A stretch of DNA of 64,000 nucleotides from Candidatus Lustribacter sp. Its GTDB lineage: Bacteria > Vulcanimicrobiota > Vulcanimicrobiia > Vulcanimicrobiales > Vulcanimicrobiaceae. The notes beneath the pieces are model-generated. The model was not told the DNA's origin. It saw only the letters and a program-made list of their open reading frames with translations, and made no database searches. The stretch's first letter is position 1, and every line of letters starts with the position of its first letter. The position numbers and the translations under genes were made by a program. The stretch spans positions 5,469,282-5,533,281 of the forward strand of contig OZ255842.1 in NCBI GenBank assembly GCA_965277805.1. Direction: 5' to 3'. This document shows positions 58,515 through 64,000 of the stretch, piece by piece.

Positions 58515-59245
58515 CGTTTGTAGCTGTGGCAGCCTTCGAGTTCGAGGATGCGCGCTTTCACGTCGATGCCGTACTCGTAGTTGTGAAGCCGGCCTTCGCA
58601 GTCGACGACGCGGTGACACGGATACAGTAGCGGCACGGGATTGCGGGCCATGACGCCGCCGACGGCGCGCGCAGCGTTGGGCTGACCGATGGCGGCCGCG
58701 ACCCAGCCGTAGCTGCGCACTTCACCGGCCGGTATCTTGGCCGTCGCGCGCAGCGTCGCTTGTTCGAACGGCGTCAGCTCGCTGATGTCGACGCGCGCGA
58801 GATCGCTCACGTGCGTGCGGAAGAAGGCGCTGAGCGTATCGCTCACCCAAGCCGGTGCGGTCGACGGAACGACGCTGCGGCCCAGGCGCGATTTGATGCG
58901 CTGAAACGCGGCTTCATCGCCTTCACCGCGATCGAGCGCGACGTAGGTGATCCCGCTTTCGCGGAAGGCGACGAACAACTGCCCGAGCGGCGAGTGCATC
59001 TTCGCGACGCTGTCGGGCACGGTCGCGCGCACGGCGGTGCGGATGTGGTCGATGATTTTCGGTACGAGGGTCGCGGGCGGTTCCGGCGGCGGCAAGCACG
59101 TCAGGCAATATGCAATGCCTTCGTACTGCTCGTAGAGTTCCTGACACGGCGGGCACTCGCGGAGGTGTTTGATGATCTGCTTGCGTTGGGGTTCCAGCGC
59201 ATCGCGCATGTCATCCCAAAGCTTTTCAACGTCACAGCAGCGCAT
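58511..59245 (-). CDS. ZAS (zf-HC2) anti-sigma domain fused to methylated-DNA-protein-cysteine methyltransferase (Ogt-like)
   Basis: C3-x23-H27-x3-C31-x2-C34; SPLG, LTPFEQ..L, GEVRSY, ARAVG..MARNP, PCHRV active site. Confidence 0.9.
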   Translation of the reverse strand: MRCCDVEKLWDDMRDALEPQRKQIIKHLRECPPCQELYEQYEGIAYCLTCLPPPEPPATLVPKIIDHIRTAVRATVPDSVAKMHSPLGQLFVAFRESGITYVALDRGEGDEAAFQRIKSRLGRSVVPSTAPAWVSDTLSAFFRTHVSDLARVDISELTPFEQATLRATAKIPAGEVRSYGWVAAAIGQPNAARAVGGVMARNPVPLLYPCHRVVDCEGRLHNYEYGIDVKARILELEGCHSYKR

Positions 59246-59908
59246 CTAGTCGTCCTCCTCGATCGCGGAATTCTCGGACGCCACCATCCGGCCGACTTGG
59301 GGACCCAGAATCCGGCGGAGAATGCGCACGGCCCGATGGACGTGCGATTTCACGGTCCCGATCGGCTGATTGAGAATCTCCGCGATTTCCGGGTGGCTGC
59401 GTCCCTCGACGAAACGCAGCGTGGCCGCAGCACGCAAGTGCATCGGCAATTGGAGCAAAGCTTGTTCGACCAGCACCATGTCGGCCGCGCGGTCGACGAT
59501 GGCTTCGGGCTGATCGGGACCCTCTTGGGTCTCGTTGAGCAACGCGTCGGGATCGGCCAGCGAGTCGAGCGCGACGTTCGTCGGACGCTTCGAACGCAGG
59601 CGGTTGCGCGTGACGTTCAGCGTGATCGTATAGAGCCACGGCTGAAGGCGCAGCTCGGCGCGCTGCTGGGGATCCATTTTGGCCAGGGCGCGGTAGGCGC
59701 GAACGAACGAGTCCTGGACGATCTCTTCGGCGTCTTCGCGGTTGCCGGTCATGCGCAGGGCAAAGCCGTAGAGGCGCCGCTGGTAGTCATCGACGATCGC
59801 TTCGAAGTTCTCGGGACCAGGCACACCCTTGGTTTGGCGGGCCGGTTGCGGCATCAGCGCCGGAGCGGACAAACGGTAATCCCCAAGGATCGGTGCGAAC
59901 GCACTCAT
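59246..59908 (-). CDS. ECF sigma-70 family sigma factor
   Basis: Region 2 DAEEIVQDSFVRAY..WLYTITLN..RN; region 4 EIAEIL..PIGTVKSHVHRA; start 59908 or 59854. Confidence 0.93.
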   Translation of the reverse strand: MSAFAPILGDYRLSAPALMPQPARQTKGVPGPENFEAIVDDYQRRLYGFALRMTGNREDAEEIVQDSFVRAYRALAKMDPQQRAELRLQPWLYTITLNVTRNRLRSKRPTNVALDSLADPDALLNETQEGPDQPEAIVDRAADMVLVEQALLQLPMHLRAAATLRFVEGRSHPEIAEILNQPIGTVKSHVHRAVRILRRILGPQVGRMVASENSAIEEDD

Positions 59909-59978
59909 CACGAGCCCTAACCGCGCTCGCACAAGCGGCGGTTTCGCAATTTCGGAAAGAACGCTTGATCTTCCCGGG

Positions 59979-60716
59979 TTAAGGGCCCGTTTGCGGTCGA
60001 ATCGTCCTTTTGTACACGATCGTGACCGGATCGTTTTGGCCACTGCCGGCAACCCGGCCCTCGATCTGGAGCGTCGCGTCGAGCGCCATCAGCAGCGCGT
60101 CGGCATAGGCGTAGTAGGCGGTGCCGTTCATCGTGATCGTGCCGCTCAGCGCGGTCGTGGGGCGGTCGGGCAGGGCTCCGTTGAGCGGTCCGTGGGCCGT
60201 AAACGCGATGCCGAGGACGCGCCGGCCGTTTAGGGAGCCGTCGGGCAGACGCCGCAGGGAACCGTGCAAGAGAGCGCCCGTCATCGGCGAGGGAAAGTCG
60301 AACGGAACCGCGCGCGTGAGGCTGTGCAGATCGCGCAGCGTCGGCGCATCCAGCTCGATCGAAAACGGCTGGTTGAGAATCGTCAGGTAGTCGGGATCGC
60401 CGTCGGACTCGTCGCGCTGTTCGCCGTTGGCCATGATCTTCGTCGAAAAAGCGCCGGTCGCTTTGGTGGCTGCGCCGCTTTCACGGCGGTTGTAGTTCAC
60501 GGTCGCGGTGAACTGCGTTACCGTTCCTTGACGTTCGATCGCCAGCCGCTGTGTGCCGGCGTACACGATCTGCGTCCGATCGGCATGTCCCGCGACTTGA
60601 TAGCTGTCTTCCCCGTCGATCGAATACCACTGCACCGGCGCGTCGGCCAAAACGGGTGCTGCAGCGCACAGTAGCAACGCAGCAATGACCGATACCGTTA
60701 ATAGGCGGGTAGACAT
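59979..60716 (-). CDS. Hypothetical secreted beta-rich protein
   Basis: Signal peptide (..AAPVLA-D); start ATG 60716. Confidence 0.7.
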   Translation of the reverse strand: MSTRLLTVSVIAALLLCAAAPVLADAPVQWYSIDGEDSYQVAGHADRTQIVYAGTQRLAIERQGTVTQFTATVNYNRRESGAATKATGAFSTKIMANGEQRDESDGDPDYLTILNQPFSIELDAPTLRDLHSLTRAVPFDFPSPMTGALLHGSLRRLPDGSLNGRRVLGIAFTAHGPLNGALPDRPTTALSGTITMNGTAYYAYADALLMALDATLQIEGRVAGSGQNDPVTIVYKRTIRPQTGP

Positions 60717-60799
60717 TCCGATCCTTATGATGTGACGGGACGCGCAGTGATCGCCCCAAGGGAATGGTATAACGAAAACGTGCGGACGGATATGCCGGT

Positions 60800-62059
60800 G
60801 TGTTAAAGGGACTCGTGTGCGGTGCATTCGCGCTGGCTTTGCTGGCATGGAGTACCGGCGGCCCCGCGACCGCGACCGAGACAGCGTTCCCACCCTTGCT
60901 CTCCTCGAAACTCGACACGCTCTATGCAACCGCGTACGACGAGACGATCGGGCGGCACGTCCAAACGCAGCGCGACGGCACGACCTACGTGTCAACCGGC
61001 GATATCCGGGCCGAGTGGCTGCGCGACGCGAGTGCGATCGTACGCCCCTACATCGGCCAATCGCGGCATGACGCCGACATCGCGAAATCCTTGCGCGGCG
61101 TGGTCGAGCGCCAAGCCCGCTATATCCTGATCGACCCCTATGCGAACGCGTTCTCGGCCGACTACAAGGTCGTCGAGGAGAAGTTCGAGGTCGACTCACT
61201 GCTCTATCCGATTTGGTTTGCGTCGGACTACTACCGGCAGACCAAGGACGCATCGGTGTTCACGCCCACGGTCCGCAAAGCGTTCGAACGCGTCCTGCAC
61301 GTTCTGCGCGACGAGCAGAAACACGACAAGCGCTCGCACTATACGAACCCGCAATTGGCCCGCGGCGGCCGCGGCAGTGCCGTGCGCTACACCGGCATGG
61401 TGTGGACCGCGTTCCGTCCGTCGGACGATCCGGTGCGCTATCACTACAACATCCCGGTCAACATGCTCGCGGTCGTGGTGTTGCGCGATCTCAGTTCGAT
61501 CGCCAAAAACGTCTGGCATGACGGGCACACCGCCGCCGACGCCTGGGGCCTCTCGACTGAGATCCAGCGCGGCATCGAGCAGAATGGGACGCTCAATCTG
61601 GCTCCATTCGGCCGCATCTATGCCTACGAAGTCGACGGCCTCGGGCACTTCAACGTGATGGACGATGCGAACGTCCCCTCACTGCTCTCGATTCCGTACT
61701 TCGGGTATCTGCCCAAAGACAACTCGCTCTATCTCGCGACGCGCCGCTTCGTGCTCTCCGATCGCAACCCGTATTTCTTTCGCGGCAGCTACGCCGCGGG
61801 CGAAGGCAGCCCGCACACGCCGCACGGCTACGTTTGGCCGCTTGCGCTCTGCGTGCAAGCGCTGACGTCCGACGATCCGGCCGAAATCAACCGAGTCTTC
61901 GGCTATATCGCCGAGGCCGACGTCGGCGACCATCGCCTGCACGAATCGTTCGATGCGAACTGGCCCGAGTCGTATACGCGGCCCGATTTTGCCTGGCCCA
62001 ACGCGCTCTACGCCGAACTGGTGCAGAACCGCCGCGCGGAGCCCTACACCGCCCCCTAG
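60800..62059 (+). CDS. Glycoside hydrolase family 125 (DUF1237, exo-alpha-1,6-mannosidase-like)
   Basis: TGDI.A.WLRD, DPYANAF, EEKFEVDSL, FRPSDD, YEVDG, MDDANVPSLL, GSPHTP, LHESF, FAWPN. Confidence 0.92.
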   Translation: MLKGLVCGAFALALLAWSTGGPATATETAFPPLLSSKLDTLYATAYDETIGRHVQTQRDGTTYVSTGDIRAEWLRDASAIVRPYIGQSRHDADIAKSLRGVVERQARYILIDPYANAFSADYKVVEEKFEVDSLLYPIWFASDYYRQTKDASVFTPTVRKAFERVLHVLRDEQKHDKRSHYTNPQLARGGRGSAVRYTGMVWTAFRPSDDPVRYHYNIPVNMLAVVVLRDLSSIAKNVWHDGHTAADAWGLSTEIQRGIEQNGTLNLAPFGRIYAYEVDGLGHFNVMDDANVPSLLSIPYFGYLPKDNSLYLATRRFVLSDRNPYFFRGSYAAGEGSPHTPHGYVWPLALCVQALTSDDPAEINRVFGYIAEADVGDHRLHESFDANWPESYTRPDFAWPNALYAELVQNRRAEPYTAP

Positions 62060-62060
62060 T

Positions 62061-62103
62061 GGATTCGCGTTCCGCGAATCCTTCGCGTTTGGGCTGCGCC
62101 CAA
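62061..62103. repeat. Pair of GC-rich hairpins (REP-like or bidirectional terminator) between convergent genes
   Basis: GGATTCGCG-TTC-CGCGAATCC and TTGGGC-TGC-GCCCAA. Confidence 0.55.
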
Positions 62104-62112
62104 GACGCCTGT

Positions 62113-62850
62113 CTAATGTACTTTGCCGCGGCCGGTGCGGCGCAGGAAGTCGACGTAGAAGACGGTCGCGATCGCCTGCAGCGGTCCGAGCGTGAGCATG
62201 TCCATCGGGATGTCGGACCAGAAGTCGACGTTGGCCACGTTGTGCGCGCGTAAGTACGACGAGAGCAGCAGTTCGGCAAAAAGCGGGAACGTCAGCAGCA
62301 CCGAGAGCACGAGCAGGCGGCCCAGGTTCACGAACTGCGCCGAAACCGTGAGGGCTTTGCCGAGCGCGATGAGCGGCAGACGCAAACGGCTCGGCGCCGG
62401 TTCGATCGCGGCGACGACCGTCGCCAGCGTGATCGCGCCGGAAAGCAAGATGAACGGCAGCAGCAGCAAGCCGTACCCGGTTTCGGCCGGCGAGAGCACG
62501 ACGTAGGGCGCGTAGAGCCATTGGCTGAGGAACCCCAGCAGCGAAACGAGCGTGACCACGCCCCAGCGCAGCGAGGCGGCCGTCATGAGGCGGCTCCAGT
62601 CGGCTTCTTTTTCGGCTAAATCAAAGGCGACGCCGATCGAGACGCTGGCCGCAAGAAACGAGCCGACGACGATGTCGAGCCCCAGCATGAGCCCGGAATC
62701 GAGCAGCACTTGCGTATCGACGATGTACTGCACGCCGATGCCGAGCAGTGCGAGAATGATGTAGTACGGGAAGCGGCGCGCGTACAACGCCAATGCCGTG
62801 GCAAAGAGACCGGGCATCGACGCCGGCAGTCCCTTGTCGTCGCCGATCAC
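62113..62850 (-). CDS. Hypothetical integral membrane protein
   Basis: About 6 hydrophobic segments; start GTG 62850 or ATG 62817. Confidence 0.75.
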   Translation of the reverse strand: MIGDDKGLPASMPGLFATALALYARRFPYYIILALLGIGVQYIVDTQVLLDSGLMLGLDIVVGSFLAASVSIGVAFDLAEKEADWSRLMTAASLRWGVVTLVSLLGFLSQWLYAPYVVLSPAETGYGLLLLPFILLSGAITLATVVAAIEPAPSRLRLPLIALGKALTVSAQFVNLGRLLVLSVLLTFPLFAELLLSSYLRAHNVANVDFWSDIPMDMLTLGPLQAIATVFYVDFLRRTGRGKVH

Positions 62851-62851
62851 A

Positions 62852-63160
62852 TCATGCCGCAGTGTCGCGGCGTTCGCGTCGGTAAAAGCGCAGGTTGGCG
62901 ATGCCCGCAACGACGGTGACGTCATCGCAGTGTTCGTAGATCCGTCCGTCGATCTCGACGATGAATGCACCCTCGTTCAATCCGGCGTGCGTGCTTGCGA
63001 CCATGCGTTCGCGCTTGTCTTGCGGCGCGCGCGGTCCGAGCGCGTCGAGCACCGCGTGCGTGAGCAACTCGCCCACGCGAAGCGGCGTGGCGAGAGCAAA
63101 AGCAACCGAATCGGCGCACAAGACGGCATTGACGTCGATCGGGACACGGACCCGAATCAT
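62852..63160 (-). CDS. Hypothetical small protein
   Basis: About 102-aa ORF abutting the downstream membrane gene. Confidence 0.6.
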   Translation of the reverse strand: MIRVRVPIDVNAVLCADSVAFALATPLRVGELLTHAVLDALGPRAPQDKRERMVASTHAGLNEGAFIVEIDGRIYEHCDDVTVVAGIANLRFYRRERRDTAA

Positions 63161-63221
63161 GACCGGCGCATTCGCGTGTGGCGGCAAGGCCTCTTGCCGA
63201 ATGCGCGGAAAGCGCGATGCG

Positions 63222-64000
63222 ATGCCCGATCCCGAACCGCGCCGCCGCCGTCAACCTTCGCCGTCGTCCCGGTCGAGCGCAGGCGGAACCGGCGGCGGGC
63301 CGCTGCCGATGGCTGCGCTGATCATCGGCGTGATCGTGGCCGGGCTTGGGATCGGCGCACTCGTCTCGGCGTTTCAGAACCGCGGCACGTTGCCCGAACT
63401 CGGCGCGACCTCGGCCCCGCAGGTCACGCCGGTGGCGCAAATCACCGGGCCGCAGCCGGTGGTAACGCTCGTTCCCACCGCACCGCCCTCACCGTCGCCG
63501 TTGCCGTCGCCCTCGGCCACCCCGTCGCCGAAGCCATCGCCGAAGCCGTCGCCGTCGCCGAGCGCGCTGCCCTCGGAATCGCCGTCGCCCGCGGCAACCG
63601 CGACGCCGCACCCGACGGCCGCGCCCAGCGTCGCGGCGGCCGGCGCGACGCCGTCGCCGCTCGCGGCGGCACCGGCGACGCCGCGTCCCGCCTCGACCAA
63701 CGCGCTGAAGCCGATCATCGTCGTCGTCACGCCGAGCCCGGCGCCGTCTGCCCGGCCGACTGTAACGGCAAGCGTTCGCCCGCCGCCGGCGCCGAGCCCG
63801 GCCGACACGGCGGCGGCGCTCGTCCGCCGCTACATCGAGGACCTGATTGCCGGGGACGAGACCGGGGCATATGCGGCGCTCGGCGGAACCAGCAGCGACC
63901 GGACCCTCGACCTCAAGGAAGAAGCGTTTCTCGACAAGGATGCGCGTATCACGTCGATGCGCGTGAGCCGCAGCGACGGCGCGGGCGCGACGGTCGACGC
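63222..64000 (+). CDS. Membrane-anchored Pro/Ser/Thr-rich protein (partial, runs off the window)
   Basis: Manual translation MPDPEPRRRR..TM..PSPKPSPKPSPSP..AALVRRYIEDLIAGD; absent from the ORF track because no stop lies inside the window. Confidence 0.75.
   Translation, partial: MPDPEPRRRRQPSPSSRSSAGGTGGGPLPMAALIIGVIVAGLGIGALVSAFQNRGTLPELGATSAPQVTPVAQITGPQPVVTLVPTAPPSPSPLPSPSATPSPKPSPKPSPSPSALPSESPSPAATATPHPTAAPSVAAAGATPSPLAAAPATPRPASTNALKPIIVVVTPSPAPSARPTVTASVRPPPAPSPADTAAALVRRYIEDLIAGDETGAYAALGGTSSDRTLDLKEEAFLDKDARITSMRVSRSDGAGATVD

Noticed and set aside
63480-63800. CCGTCG/CCGAAG short tandem repeats
   Set aside because: They encode an ordinary Pro-Ser-rich linker of the partial membrane protein

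Overview
A 64-kb, high-GC, gene-dense bacterial chromosomal segment with about 60 CDSs. I found no rRNA, tRNA, CRISPR array, prophage or transposase. The gene repertoire and protein style resemble Vulcanimicrobiota (Ca. Eremiobacterota/WPS-2), but this is inference only. Housekeeping content includes trxB, queD/queE, a branched-chain 2-oxoacid dehydrogenase E1a-E1b-E2 cluster, gltB, two glcD-glcE sets (one with glcF), ETF-QO, thiO-thiS-thiG, bcp and pyrE. The best candidate for an undescribed system is an ECF sigma factor translationally coupled to a soluble zinc-binding anti-sigma (ZAS) domain fused to an O6-alkylguanine-DNA alkyltransferase (58511-59908), a putative sigma/anti-sigma analogue of the Ada alkylation response. 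Other notable items: a highly structured non-coding element with a terminator upstream of a PHP-phosphoesterase/histone-H1-like fusion; a glnA-riboswitch-like leader before gltB; a split or frameshifted E2; several apparent pseudoenzymes, including an M28 protein with the transferrin-receptor GAQRDAW motif; a YtpB-like terpene cyclase; REP-like palindromes inserted in coding regions; and two divergent genes whose start codons abut (CATATG). All family calls come from motif recognition by eye; no database searches were run.
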